DNA from: Zancudomyces culisetae HAW-14-8
Taxonomy: Eukaryota; Fungi; Kickxellomycota
Reading direction: 5' to 3'
Assembly: GCA_052426225.1 (NCBI GenBank)
Contig: JBNJNM010000006.1
Coordinates: forward strand, 558,001 to 622,000
Length of the DNA: 64,000 nucleotides
Below are positions 1 through 13,852 of this stretch, in pieces. The notes below the pieces were generated by a model that worked only from the letters and a program-made list of their open reading frames with translations, had not been told where the DNA came from and did not search any database. Position 1 is the stretch's first letter. Every line of letters begins with the position of its first letter. The position numbers were made by a program, and so were the translations under genes.

Positions 1-659
1 TTGCTCCTCCTGCATCAGGGGATACAATTACTGCGTTTTTATAGTCTGGAATGTTCTCCATAATGTATTTTAATACGGATGGTTCTCCATACAGATTGTC
101 GACTGGTCTATCAAAGAACCCTTGGATTTGACTCGCGTGCAAATCCATTGTAATTACGTGGTCAGCACCTGCAACTGTCAACATGTTTGCAACAAGCTTG
201 GCAGTAATTGGAGCACGGGATTTATCCTTTTTGTCTTGTCTAGCATATGGGAAGCATGGAATAACAGCACAAATGTTTCTTGCAGAGGCCGTTTTACATG
301 CGTTTATCATAATTAGAAGCTCCATGAGATTGTCGTTTATCTCATCGCAACCTGATTGAATAATGTATACATCCTCGTCACGAACCGATTCACCAATCAC
401 CACAGCTGTTTCGTGGTTCGAGTATTTTGTAACTGTAACCTTTGAAAGCTCAAGCCCCAGTCGTCTATTTGCATTGTTCATGTTGTTTTTTTTATTAGTA
501 CAACCATTGAAAAGGCTGAACTGAGTATATTCACAGCATATACAATATTTAATAAATATATGATCAGATAGTTCATTTTTTTCTGTCTTACTTTACAATT
601 AATTTGGATAATTCTGGGTGGGAATTTCCACTTAAAATCTTGATTGAATTCGAGGCCAT
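1..659 (-). CDS. PRS: Ribose-phosphate pyrophosphokinase (PRPP synthetase), 5' part; runs off the left edge. Exon 1 659-592, exon 2 464-<1
   Basis: Manual minus-strand translation: [23 protein letters not shown]|RLGLEL...[36 protein letters not shown]...[54 protein letters not shown]...VSPDAGGA; GT-AG intron 591-465 keeps the frame. Confidence 0.96.
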
Positions 660-2803
660 TGCTGCAAATGCTTTCCTGTCAATAGGTTGCGAATCAAAAC
701 AAAGTGTGCGCGCTAGTGTGACTTTACAAAGTCATAAAAGATCTATCAGTTGTATGGATATATAACTTTAGCTATTTCAGCGACAAGCCAGAGCTATTCG
801 TAGAAATAAAGCTAATAGCGAAAAAAAAAAGAGCCTTGTAGTCAGAAAACGAGTTTGTGTGGTAGTTTAGCCCTTTTTTTTTAGTTGCTATTTAATTTCC
901 CGGGTCATGCGTCCTTTGATAGGCGGACAAAATTCTGAAAATAGTGCACTATTTGCTGGAAAAAATTTTTACTTTTTTTGCAAGCCTCAGATAACATTAG
1001 AATGATATGGATTCTGGACTGGAGTAGTAGATTAGATGAAAAAAAAGACTATATTGATTTATACTGTTGGAGCTCGAAGGCAGAAGGGCTAAGACTAATA
1101 GTTTTTTGGTTTGCAAGCCTATCTGGTAGTAGCTGCCTAAAAAAAAATTTTCAGAAGAGTTTGGGTTATTTTTTCAAACAAAAAATACTGGCTGGCCTTA
1201 TGTAAACACACAAATCACTCCATTTTCAGCTTTGAGGGTTAGGCGAAAAACTCGGAAATGTATATCAAAAGCAATTGTACCAAAAAGTGAATGATGTGGT
1301 GGCAAAAGGCAGAGACCAGACTCCCAAATTCCAGACTTTACGTTTAGACAAACAAAAAGCATCAAATCGGATGTTGTACTCTTACTATTTATGTGTTTTT
1401 GTATCTTGTGCTTGCGAAAATTTCGATTAAATAATTGCAAGTATTAAGACACATATTAATCAAAGATTTGTAACTAGAGTAAAAGTAGTATAGACTAATG
1501 ATAATGGCTTCAACGATCTTTTCATCGATGTTGCGTGGAAGAAAAAATAAAATAAATGAGTATTTAGTACACAGATTTCAAATCAAAACGGTGCTTTATT
1601 CGCAGTGTTTTACTCCTGAAGAAATATACATTCCATTACTACATATTTGCATTATAGCTATCTGGCTGACTGTGTATGGTTTCATAAAACGATTACATGT
1701 ACACTCAAAACCGCTAATGTAACTACGGTGAATACTTTCAAACTGTAATAAAGAAAGTCACTACAAAATATAATCATCATTAATGATAATGATTAAGTAT
1801 CTAAGACCCATATGGTATCCAAAGGTGTTATGATGGTATGTTTTTGTCATGATCTTGCTAGATACATATCTTATTTAATCTTCAAGATAGTACCAACCGT
1901 ATTGGTGTTCCTGGAACCCAGCTTGAAATTCCATACCAGTTTTCCGCTTTTTAAAGCGTACTTTTGAAACTAACCTGCTCTTATTTTTGCTCATTTTTTC
2001 AACAGATAGTAGATTGGCACAGTTTCAGACTTTTTTGAAATAAAGTTTATGATGAGCATAGGTAGCAATAATGTAAAAACAGACATTGCAAAAAAAACCC
2101 CCACCACATAAGCTCTGTTTTACCACAAGAGGGGCAGTAAAGGAATAACCATATCAAAACATCAATTTACTGAGAGGGACTTGTAATGGTAGAATAAAAC
2201 GTGCCAGAGCGGGTAATTATAAATTATATCTGCGATAGTCGCAAAATCACTCTTTGGATTCCTAAATCTACACACTCGATAAAGTGTGCTAAGGATAAAG
2301 TGTGCTAAGACCCCTAAACTTAGACAGGATTTCAGTGTTCTGTGGCAAAAGTATATGTACATTTTTGGGAAAATGTGTGCACATACAGATCCTTGTTATA
2401 CAGCTAACTCTCCTCCTCCTCCCCCCAAGGCAAATTTTAGTGTAATACCTCCACATTGTTTACCATTGGCTCAGTGGTTAGTGTGTCATAAAGAGATAAA
2501 CGTTTTCCACAAAGTTGATCCAAAAAAAAACGAGTAATTGTTATCATTGGTGATTTTTCGGAGAAAAATTAGAAAACTTCATGAATTCTGCCAAAAACTA
2601 TTTGCCAGTAAAATGGGTAAAAAAATCATTAAACCATCAAGGAAAAAAAACCACAACTCTGCTTTCAAATTTCGATAAAGGTAAACGCTGATAGACTTGA
2701 GTAAAGCTAGTTTTAAAATAATTAACAGACAAAAACACACCGAGTAGTAAGGTAAAAGGCTAACAAAGGAGTAAGGAAAGAAAAACTCACAGAGATTAAA
2801 AAC

Positions 2804-4351
2804 ATGAAATATCGATCAACAAGAGGAAAGGATACAGGCTTTTCGTTTGAAGATGTGGTTATGACAGGTTTGGCATCTGATGGAGGCCTGTTTATCCCCG
2901 AAGGAATCCCAACTCTACCAGAAGACTGGCGTAATAAGTGGGAAAACTACACCTTCCAGCAATTATCATTTGCAATATTGAGATTGTTTATAGACCAAGC
3001 AGAAATCCCAGATGAAAGTCTGCGAGAAATTATCGAAAAATCCTATTCGACCTTTACCAACAAAGATGTCACACCAATGGTCCAAATAGATAGCCAGGCG
3101 GATACGTGGATACTGGAACTTTTCCATGGTCCTACATTCGCATTCAAGGACGTTGCACTGCAGTTTTTGGGCAATCTCTTTGAGTATTTCTTAAAAAGAA
3201 GAAATTCTATGCGCAAGGACGAAAGCAGCCCAGTAAACAGAATCACTGTTGTTGGAGCAACCAGTGGAGATACAGGTGGAGCGGCCATATATGGGCTTAT
3301 GGGCAAAGAAAATGTCTCGCTGTTTATAATGCATCCAAACAACAGAGTTTCGACTATTCAAAAGGCCCAAATGACAACTGTAGATGAGGAGAATATCCAC
3401 AATATTGCTATAGAGGGAACATTTGATGATTGTCAAGATATTGTTAAACTACTCTTCGGACGTAAAGAGTTCAATAAAAAGTATTCGCTAGGAGCAATCA
3501 ACTCTATAAATTGGGCGAGAATCTTGGCACAGATAGTATACTATTTCCATTCATACTTTTCTCTTGTGCGTGCTGGAAAAGCTCAGCCAAAGATTGTGTT
3601 TGTTACACCTACCGGAAACTTTGGCGATATTCTTGCTGGCCACTACGCTCAACGACTGGGCCTTCCAATTGCCAAACTTGTGATAGCAACAAACTCAAAT
3701 GACATTTTGGATAGATTTTTCAAAAGCGGCGCCTATGAGAAAGGTGATGGCGGTGTTAAAGAAACACCATCACCAGCCATGGATATCCTCGTTTCATCTA
3801 ACTTTGAACGGTTTCTATGGTACTTGGCACGTGATCATGAATCTAAGGCCGACGATCTGGAAGGGAAGGGCAACGATGCAGGTCGCATTGTAGCTAAATG
3901 GATGGATGATCTAAAGCTTGATGGAACAACACGTGTTTCAGGTGATGCACACAAAGCTGCAAGACAATATTTCCTATCTGGTTCAACAAACAACCAAAAA
4001 ACCTACAAAACCATTAGAGCCTATTACTCTCCTCCTGAAGGATCTAGCCATGTTAACTATTTGATGGATCCCCATACCGCAGTCGGAGTTAATGTTGCCA
4101 ATACCCTTCGGGCTCAGCTCATCGAAGAGTTGGGCGGTGATGACTTCACTACGGTTTGTTTATCTACCGCTCATCCTGCAAAGTTTGTAGAGGCTATTGA
4201 AGAATCCCTTGATGGCTGCGAACCAAAGTTTGAATTCAGCGCTATCTGCCCAAAGCAATTTGTTGGGATTTTAGATCTTAAACAGAAATACAAAGTCCTT
4301 CCCAATTCTGCGGATGCGGTTGCTTCACATATTGAGCATACCCTATTATAA
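2804..4351 (+). CDS. THR4: Threonine synthase (fold-type II PLP enzyme), single exon
   Basis: MKYRSTRG start, GLASDGGLFIP, ELFHGPTFAFKDVALQ (PLP lysine), ATSGDTG, NSINWARILAQ, PTGNFGDI, STAHPAKF. Confidence 0.97.
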   Translation: MKYRSTRGKDTGFSFEDVVMTGLASDGGLFIPEGIPTLPEDWRNKWENYTFQQLSFAILRLFIDQAEIPDESLREIIEKSYSTFTNKDVTPMVQIDSQADTWILELFHGPTFAFKDVALQFLGNLFEYFLKRRNSMRKDESSPVNRITVVGATSGDTGGAAIYGLMGKENVSLFIMHPNNRVSTIQKAQMTTVDEENIHNIAIEGTFDDCQDIVKLLFGRKEFNKKYSLGAINSINWARILAQIVYYFHSYFSLVRAGKAQPKIVFVTPTGNFGDILAGHYAQRLGLPIAKLVIATNSNDILDRFFKSGAYEKGDGGVKETPSPAMDILVSSNFERFLWYLARDHESKADDLEGKGNDAGRIVAKWMDDLKLDGTTRVSGDAHKAARQYFLSGSTNNQKTYKTIRAYYSPPEGSSHVNYLMDPHTAVGVNVANTLRAQLIEELGGDDFTTVCLSTAHPAKFVEAIEESLDGCEPKFEFSAICPKQFVGILDLKQKYKVLPNSADAVASHIEHTLL

Positions 4352-4485
4352 TTATAAAGTTGCTATTACACCTTTTTACTCTTCGCTTTTACGGCCATTA
4401 TCTTGCTTGTGCACTTTTGTTTTTTTGAAAAGAGTATCTATCTAAGTGATTATTTGTTTTGAGCAATATCCTCGATTTCCACCTA

Positions 4486-4591
4486 TCTTTTTTCTCTTTT
4501 TTCTCTTTTTTCTCTTTTTTTTATTTCTTTTTCTCTTTTTTTTATTCCTTTTATACTTTTTTGTTTTTTCTTCTTTTCTCACTCTCTTTTT
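4486..4591. repeat. Polypyrimidine low-complexity tract, degenerate (TTTTTTCTC)n
   Basis: About 105 nt of almost pure T/C downstream of THR4. Confidence 0.8.
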
Positions 4592-5470
4592 GTGAGTAAC
4601 TGTCAAAAATCGGTACAAACAACTGAAAAAGACAGAAAGGAGTACTTGCCACTAGATAAACACTCCTATATGTTCTATTTACTTGCCTCTAGTAGTTGAT
4701 GTTTATAATAGTTACAAATTAAATCTTGTTGTTTGTGGCTCGCGTCAATCGGGAAAAGGGTCAAAGAGAGAGAGAAAGAGAGAGGAGGTTGACATACTTG
4801 ATTATTAAATGCTCAGGAATTTGAATAAGTTTGGTTCATAACATGTGCGAAATATACACAAAAATACTCTCAAACAAGGGGGAAGGGGGAATAAATGCAC
4901 CTAATGAAGATATTTGTTGTGTATTGGAGGACTGTACAAATCTACGTGGTTATTTTCAACAGACAGGAAGGCGGTATTTCATTATTATACAAATTGAGGC
5001 TGGTTAAACACATGTTTTCCCAGGCATTTAAACGGGCTAGGTCTAACGAACTCTATTCCTCACTATTCTTATGATAATCTTCACCCACTACCCACATCTT
5101 TTTTTTTTCTACAGAAACTGCTTGTTTCTGCTAAGTTGGATTCTATTTCCCCCATTTTACCCCCTGGTTTTTGCAATTTGTATGAATTCGGAATCGTTCT
5201 TCAAATTTGTAACAAAAAGCGAGCCCAATAATGGAAAAAAGAAGCGCTTGCTAAATTTCGGAACCGTTTATGACCAACTAAATTGACAAGTTGCAAGAAT
5301 AGATGCGAAAATTTTTCGGAGTGTTGAAAATCACTAAAACGTCTTGTCCACCTCTCATTTATTTTTGGAATTTGAACTTTCAAATATAACAACATATTGT
5401 ACTCAAAGAAGGAAAAAACTGTTCTTTTATCAGCTTTACATTGGTGTTTCCAAGAAATAAGTCTAATAAA

Positions 5471-7305
5471 ATGATACGAGGGTTAAAGAATCTAACAAAA
5501 GAAGAAAAGACTCTGCTGAATTCAACATTGTGTCACGACCCAAAGTCCAAACATAAATTTACAAATTGGTCCAGAACCTTTGATTGCGAACCATTTTTGT
5601 ATCTGGCACCTACCACTGAAAATGAGGTTATCGAGGTATGTTACCGTTGAATATCATACATTTATCTGAATATTAGTGGCATACTTGTCTCTATAGCCAT
5701 ATTAAACAGGGGGGGATTAAAAAGAGCCACGGCACCGGTAACAACCAGTCAAACCAAAATAAACAATCTATTTCTACTTAATTAGATTATAAATTTTGCA
5801 AGAAAGCGTGGACTTTCAGTAAAGCCAATTGGGTCAGGCCATTCCCCATCAGATTTGGCCTGTACCGATGGAATCATGTTAAACATGGACAAAATGAACC
5901 GAGTTATGGAGGTATGCATCAGTATTTATCACATTTTACACTGCTTTCTCGCTCAAATATAATGTCTATCAATAACTTTCGAGAATATTTATTTTTGAAA
6001 AAAAAATCTTGACTCTCTTTTTTAGGTTGATCTTGAAAACCACAGAGTAACGGTTGAGGCAGGCATCCGGCTAAAGGAGCTTCATTTGGTTTTGAAAAAG
6101 TGGAATCTCGCCTTATCATCTATCGGAAGTATCTCTGATCAAAGTCTGGCTGGTGTAATTGCCACAGCTACACACGGTACCGGTATAGAATATGGCTGTT
6201 TCTCATCTATCGTAGGTTCTATGATTTCATTTAATTATCGATCACTCGCACCTTTGTACTTCATACTACTAAATGCAGTTTATACAGATAACTGGACACA
6301 CTATAAAACGTTCCTGTGGATTAGGTTGTCGATCTCGTGCTAGTAGATGGGTTGGGTAGAAGACACTATTGCTCCAGTGATGTCAATGAGCCGCTGTTCA
6401 ATGCAGCAAGATGCAGTTTAGGTGCCCTAGGAATAATAACTCAACTTACTATTCAATGTGAGCCTGCGTTTTTGTTGAAGGCGGTTCAAGTTCCGGAGAA
6501 GCTCGACTATATACTTGATAATCTTATCGATCTCTTGGATGAGTCCGAGCACATGCGGTTCTGGTGGTTTCCGCATACTGACGACACTGTATTGTGGAAG
6601 GCAAATCGCACAAAAGAGCCAGTAAAACCACTTAAGGAGGGATTTGTGATGGATAAGCTTTTCGGATTCCACTTTTACCAATTCCAGCTTATGCTTGCGC
6701 GATATATGCCTAGCGTTATTCCATCAATCACCAAGTCCCATTATCAATTACGGTTCAACAAGAAAGTTGAATGGGTTGATGAAAGCTACAAGGTGTTTAA
6801 TTTTGACTGCCTATTTCCTCAATACGTGAATGAATGGGCTGTTCCAGTTGAAAACACCCGTACTGCTTTAAACATGCTTCGAGCTCTGTTTACTGCAGAA
6901 CCCGATCTAAAAGTTCATTTCCCCGTTGAAGTGCGTTTTGTCAAAAAAGACAATGTGATGCTAAGCCCCTGCTATAATCAATATGTCTGTTATATCGGTG
7001 TGATAATGTATAGACCATATTACCTCCCCGTTCCCTATAAAAAGTACTGGAAAGCGTATGAGGATATTATGCGCTCTCTACGTGGTCGTCCACATTGGGC
7101 AAAGGCTCATAAATTTTATTACTTTGATTTTCTCAAGGCTTATCCTGAGTTCCCTCGCTTTTTGGAAATTAGACAAGCTGTTGATCCTGAGGGTATCTTT
7201 TTGAATGATTATTTGAAGAGACATATAATGCCTCCATCTGCAGAAAACTGCACTGGACCACTGTCTTCGAAATCCGGAACCGAGAAACAGAATTCTAAGT
7301 TGTAG
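5471..7305 (+). CDS. ALO1: D-arabinono-1,4-lactone / L-gulonolactone oxidase (FAD-linked). Exons 5471-5635, 5786-5911, 6026-6211, 6325-7305
   Basis: Spliced translation gives F.NWSRTF.C.P, GSGHSPSDLAC (FAD-binding His), VTVEAGI, GSISDQSLAGVIATATHGTG, SLGALGII, RFWWFPHT, HFPVEVRF, GRPHWAK; three in-frame GT-AG introns. Confidence 0.93.
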
Positions 7306-7773
7306 TCTGTTTTTATTTTTACTATACTGAATAATACAGACCCGATATACTATTATTATTCTTGTTTTTATGCTTATATACCAACTTGGTTTCTAGTTCT
7401 CAAGCAAATAAATGCCAAATATAACATACGATCCAGAGGTCTGATGTGTCATCTGTTTGCGGTCAATTATCACTGACTATTTCTGCAACACATCTTTTTG
7501 TGAGCGGGAGAGTGGGAGTGGTTATTCTGAGAGCTTCTACAGCCCTTTTGATTTTCATATTGTGCTATTTACAGGGTTGGTAAAAAATGGTAATAGTTTT
7601 GCAGCACATAGATCCGATTCGAGAAAAATTTCTTTTTTTTTTGGTTGATTTAATTTTGTTAATATACTTGCTGGTTGAAAAATATACCTATTCTTCACTT
7701 TTCTCATAACAGAGTTGAAGAATCTTTGTAAATAAACACTAAATAAAGCTTCTCATAGTAAATTTTTGGAAAA

Positions 7774-9226
7774 ATGGCAGAAAAGAGAAAATTCGATGGA
7801 AAACCACGGGGAGAAAGGCAAAACAAAAAGTCCTATTTCAACAAAAAGGTAAGGAAGTAGCCTAGATTCATAAACTTGAAGCTGTGGAAGAATATTTTGT
7901 CTAGAGTATATCGACAATAGTACATAGATTAAGAATTGCACACACATATATATGCATATAAATATACATATTAATTTTTGAGGGAATAATCGCTGTAATA
8001 ATAACACAAATAATATCACAAATTCGAAATAGATTGAGCAGGAAGAGGCCTCTTTGGGTCTACCGGTGGGGAGTAAAGGCTTTTATGTTACCAGCATATT
8101 AGGGAAAGAGAAAAATAGCGTAAATGAAGTTATAAGACTCTTAGGAGAGGTAAATATGGTGTTTTATGCTTAATATGTGAAAATCTATTTTGTTGCGTTG
8201 TGGTTTTCAGAGATGGAAAAGCACTAAACAATATCGTAGTCTATTTTTAGCTTAATATTGATTTCTTGCGACCATGTGTTAATAATAACAAAAATAGTAT
8301 GTAAATGAGAGCGAAGTCGAAAAGACCGAAGAGGATAGCGAGAGTGGCAAGAATGAAGAGACCGAAAAGCAGGATTTGGAGGATGAAATTGCTCAGGAAT
8401 TGGCAGAATTCAAAAATTCCCGAAAAGAATCGATATTTAAACCTGTGTTTACTGGTGTCTCATGCAGTAAGTTCTTAGGAACCATGTGGCTCCCATCAGT
8501 ACAGTTTTTCTAGATTCTACTTCTTATTAACCTCCTATCAACACATGTAAACAATTAAACATAGTTTCATTTATCAAGTGTCCAGGATCAGTAGACGTTA
8601 TCGAGATTACTAGAAAAATGATGGACGATATAGCGAGCAACAAAAGCAAATCAACGCGCTACACCTGCCGCTTGGTACCAATACAAATGACATGCGGTGC
8701 AAGTACTGAAAGCATTATAAACGGCGTCCAAACAATAGGGAACTTTCTGTTAGATCCTGAATCCTCGCCTGTTTCGGTAATAGGTTTTCACTTGCTAAAC
8801 GTTTACCTTGTTATTAAATCATTATATCTTACTGACCACTTGTATAATTTTACAGTTCATGGCTGCCGTTAAAATCCGCAACAATTCAAAAGTAGATAAG
8901 ACTGAGGTCGTAAATGCAATTGGAAAATTGTTTGGGGAAAAAAACAACGTAAATCTGACCTACCCAGACTATACCATCATGGTTGAGGTTTTTAGGGTAA
9001 TGATATTCATTTTTTTTTTGTCCTGGAAGATATTAAATATCAAACGATTGCAAACTGATTATTAAATAACCAACAACCCTTTCTTATTCTTTAAAGTAAT
9101 TAATTATTGTAAACATAGAGCATATGCATACTGAGCATTATAAAGGACTATGTCAAGTTCAGAAAGTACAACATTGTCGGATTATTTTCCGAAGGAGTGT
9201 TACAAGAAAAGAAAACCCAGCAGTAG
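7774..9226 (+). CDS. TAN1: THUMP-domain tRNA acetylation adaptor (Tan1/THUMPD1), multi-exon; internal exon boundaries approximate
   Basis: Exon fragments GFYVTSILGKEKNSVNE, acidic LEDEIAQELAE, TRYTCRLVPIQMTC, KIRNNSK, VNLTYPDYTIMVEVF, KDYVKFRKYNI. Confidence 0.85.
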
Positions 9227-9500
9227 AGTATTATTTTAGATATTTTTTATTGTTCTTGAGCATGCCAGTTGCACTGTAGTATTTTTTACCGCCAATTTAT
9301 AGAATACACCCTGCAACACATCTAGTATACCTTTGAGGTTTACTGTAGCATTGGAAATGATTTTGTGTTGGGCCGAAGGTTCTTTCTGGTGCTAAAGTCA
9401 ATTTACAATTAAAATAATTGCTAATAAAAACTATTACAAATGAGCAGTGGTCGAGTGTTTTCTACAGTTGTCCTTCTCCCTCTCCCACCCCTTGATGTTG

Positions 9501-11629
9501 TTACTGAGCTTCTCTGTTTGCGTTTGGCTCAAACCTGTTGAGCTTTATCTCGTGGATTCTATACAATGACAAGTCGATTTCTGGGATACATAACGGAATG
9601 GACTTTTCGGGTATGTATACGTAGCAGAGTAGCAGAGTCTATGTGTTTTTACAATTTTGTCGAAACCAGTTTGTCGAGAATAGTAATTAAATGGTATGAT
9701 GTGATGTGACATAGCACAATATGATACTCAGCTAATATATCTCCTTCTTCCCTCATCAAGAAACCGATCAAAAATAACTAACCTTTCGAACTTGTGAACA
9801 TAGCCTAACATAAGAATGTAAGTGTATAATTTCTGCGCCTTCTGCAGGACCAAATACGCGGGTTTCATGATGTCTTTCATGGTACACAGGAATGATTTTA
9901 ACTGCAAACCTAGTAATTATTGGTTAAATTAAATGTCAAGCTACCAAACTTAGCCAGAGCTTCATGTACTTACTTGGAATGACTTTTCCGTGGCCCACTT
10001 TCGTACAGCACTATAACGAGAAAAATATAACACGTATCAATTGTTGTAATCATCCCAGTTACCAGCTACTGGTTGCTAGCTAATACTAGTCGATAAAAAA
10101 TAAAATAGTGCAAGTTTATGCTTACAAAAATCCACTGCAAACTTTATCCCACTTCTTACTATCCACCCAGCACTCCTATAATGGTAGTAAACTACATACT
10201 CAAGCAGCATTCTATTATCCCACTCCAATTTGCCGCCATCATTTGTGAGTATCAATCTCCATAGATCATACGCTGGTATTAACTTCTATTCCATGGTTAT
10301 AATCTGTCAAAAAATAATAACTCAAGTGAGGGTAATGACAAAATGCAAAAGTAGGTGAGTATATGGAATAATACAGCAAAAAAAACACAATTAAAAGTCA
10401 AATGTAAAATCAAAAATACCTTATCGCTACTATACAGCTCCATACATCCCAAAGCACAGGATAAAAACAGGGTTTCGCAACAACTTAACTGCATTGGTTC
10501 CATATACTCTACGTTTTTACTATTTACACTCTCGAAACATGTATCGATCCCTAATGTTGCAAAAAATAAAAATTTGTGTTTAGAAACAAAGCTAATGGAT
10601 AGTGGAATGATATATACATGTTTTTAAACATAAAAGGTCATTGGTTACTTTTCTCTGTTCCCTGCCTCTCAGCCCTTCGTTTCCAAGTCAACTCCTCGAC
10701 ATATCCGATGGTCTCTAAAACGCATACACATTTTTTTTAGTAATCGAAGCTATTGTTAGCATGTAAATAAACCAAAAAAAGTATCACAGCCTAGTGGTGT
10801 AAATACTAATCATTCCGAATAAATATACATACATCTATACATACCATCTTTCTGTCTGTATTTTTCGTATCTGCTTTTAAATGTCGGCTCCGAGCGTGAT
10901 AATATTCCCTTTCCAAAATTCCCATTTTCCCATATTTTATTTATCGTATGTTTGTCGTAACACCATACCTGAATCCCAGTCACAGCGCCAGTACCCCGAT
11001 CTTCATAGTAACTAACAGTGGCTTTTAAATCGGTGGAAAATACAAGGCCTCTCCTAAAGAGCGGATCTATAAATTTACTAAGCATAGCTTTTAATTGTGC
11101 TGTCAGACCATCGAGCCCTCCGTACTGTCTTTTTCCAGCATTTTTTCCTTTTTTTTGTTTTTTGACTGATGTAGTGTTTAATCGTGTATTTTTTGTCAAT
11201 TTATCTAGGAAAACGAGTTATAGCATATTATTAGTTGAGCATACTCTAGATTTTCTTTTTCGTACTGGCTACCTTTTGCATTTTAATTGAAACCTTTAAT
11301 AATTTTAGTCACGTCATACAATATAGAGATACAAATTGAGAATTACCATTTTTCAAAACCTGAAAGAAAGGAATCGCGGGTACTCTGGCAATTAATGTTT
11401 TCAATCTAAACAGTGCTCCGGAAAAAATGCTAAATATCCTGCTAAATGTCCTAATTAGATCCCTGGTAGCACGAAAATTAACAAACCTATACGAAATGCT
11501 CTTGAATTGTATTTGCAAAAGGTCAAACACTGAAGGTGTCTCGTCATATGGCAGCTTTTTTCTACTCTCAGCTGCTCTACGGATATTAGTCCTGATAGGA
11601 TTCTTTTTTATTCCATCCTGATTTTTCAT
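9501..11629 (-). CDS. SEN2: tRNA-splicing endonuclease catalytic subunit Sen2, multi-exon; 5' exon structure uncertain
   Basis: GNFGKGILSRSEPT motif (10810-11199 ORF); downstream exons YVVYYHYRSAGWIVRSGIKFAVDF, LYESGPRKSHS, RLCSQVRK, TLLLCYVYIP...IHEIKLNRFEPNANR. Confidence 0.85.
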
Positions 11630-13852
11630 ACTTGCCTTTCCTTGATTTTTACTCTCTCGCCTCTAATTCCTCCTTTTTTTCGGTTTTCAGTTTGTTTAAA
11701 AAGAATTTCTATATAGCTTTTTCTAGCTAGAGGAAAAATTGCTGATAATATTTTGAGGTCACTTAAGCCAATAAACAGCCAATGAAAGAGAGTTATTATT
11801 GGAATACACGATCTTGATGGAAACACCTAGAGTATCTAAGCGATCTACCCATAATGACATAATAGCGATTGTAGGACATGAAAGTATCACCGTATTACTA
11901 TGACGCAAGATGGAGTAGCGAGTTTTTTTTGAAAATTATTCATATTTAGGGTCGACAGACGAATATAGGATTTATTAAGGCTTGAGGTAAAATGGTTACT
12001 GTTAGTAAACTCACCATACAGTATCCAATGACTTACTGTAATTAAACGGACATTGGACTTTTTAACTGATTTTTGTCTGGTTTAGATGGTAAAAGTAAAG
12101 AGAGAAAGTACCGTGTAGTTTCTTCAGAGAGATGGCCAACTAACTTTAAGTGTGTCGAATATCCTCGGCTATTTTGTTCTTATTCATATCCCTCGCATTA
12201 ATTTTATCATATAATCAACTTTCATGCAATGTAACAGCTTTGGACTTTGATAATAGACGTTGTATACTTGGTTCCAACAAATAGTAATTTTGCTTTAGAC
12301 ACTTTTCAATTGCGGGCGGGTATTTATTATTGATGCATCCCTTGGAAGTTTGATTAGATCTAGATTTTTTTTATTAGATGAATTTATTAAATAAATATCA
12401 GAAAAACCACAAAAAAAATCCTATACAATATCTACCCAACTAATTTTCCTCCGTCCCTCTAGGGACTGCATACACACTGGGCGTTGGTTCAAAGAAGGAT
12501 CCAGATTTGAAATTCGAAAACAATTCGATCCACCGAGTAAATAGATATACTTTTTTCCAAATAGCGATGCTATGACCACCGTGTATCTCGTGCTAGTCGC
12601 GTTTTCTATTCCCGGTTATTGACACAGCATCTGGAATGAATATTTCAATTTAGCAAATAAAAAACAAAATGCTTCAACTAGAAGGGAGATGGGGGGGTTG
12701 AGGGTGTTTAGCTCAGTTTTGCATTATTTAGAAAATATAATTACTTATCTCAATTTAGCTGCGGGAATAAACACTCCAAGAATTCGAAAGATCATACTGT
12801 TTTGCGCATTTGCATATATTTAATATACAAAAGATGCACAGATACACAAAGACCACAAACAAGTACATGTTTACTTTTTTGGAAAATCTCACGAATTACA
12901 CAGCATAGCTGTAGAAAAAAAACCCAAACTATAGGTTCCACAAAATTAATTAGTCAATACCACCCTCACTTAATAAACTGAATTATTTAATTTCTTTTCG
13001 CCACCTTCGAGCACTGGTGGTAGATGTGGTCGGCAATATTATTAAAAAATCAATGAAAGAATTAGAGAACACGCTATGCAAGACGATGATTTTCTCCATG
13101 TGTAACCTAGTTTAGAAATACTGACAAGTAGTCACAGCTATTTGGCCAAATGAGGATATCCGAATTTCAGTGCGAAATTTGGAGATATAAAACATGCAAA
13201 GCTCAAGCATCTGAATCTCCAAATGTTTGGCAGCTAATTCGAAGGGAAAATAATGCATATAATTTCTTTTGCTGTAATTGGATATCCGAACCTTCAGACT
13301 CGAGAAAATTTTTAAAGATTCCATCACAACCATGAGGCATTTTCGCAAATCAAGAACGCAAAAAAAATTAATAGCAGTGTTTTTTTTTTTAGGGGGATTG
13401 AAATGTGGAATTTTGATTTAAAATCATGAAAAAGAAAAGAACCAAAGCTAAATATTTTTAGACTTTTAGAATCTACCATTTTTAATCAGTATATTAAAAC
13501 TGAGTATCTGGGCAGAAAGTCAAATACTAAAAAATAATAGTTAAAGTAGCCAAATTTTATTTAGGCGACAATTATAAACGAAATAGTAAAAACAGAAACA
13601 ACCCGATTATCCACCTTTTTTTTGCCGACGAGTCGACAGCAAAGATTTTAAATCGAGAGCTTTTAAGGCACTCTAATTCGAATTCACAGTGGCCGGAAAG
13701 GATTTTATGCGATTCACAACTATGCTAAAACAAAAGCCAAAAAATCTTTCAGGTAATTTATAAATGTAGCAAAATATAGTGCTTTTTCCATCAAATATCA
13801 TTAATATTATTAATAGTAGACAAAACAGTGGTAGTAATGGTAGACTGATAAA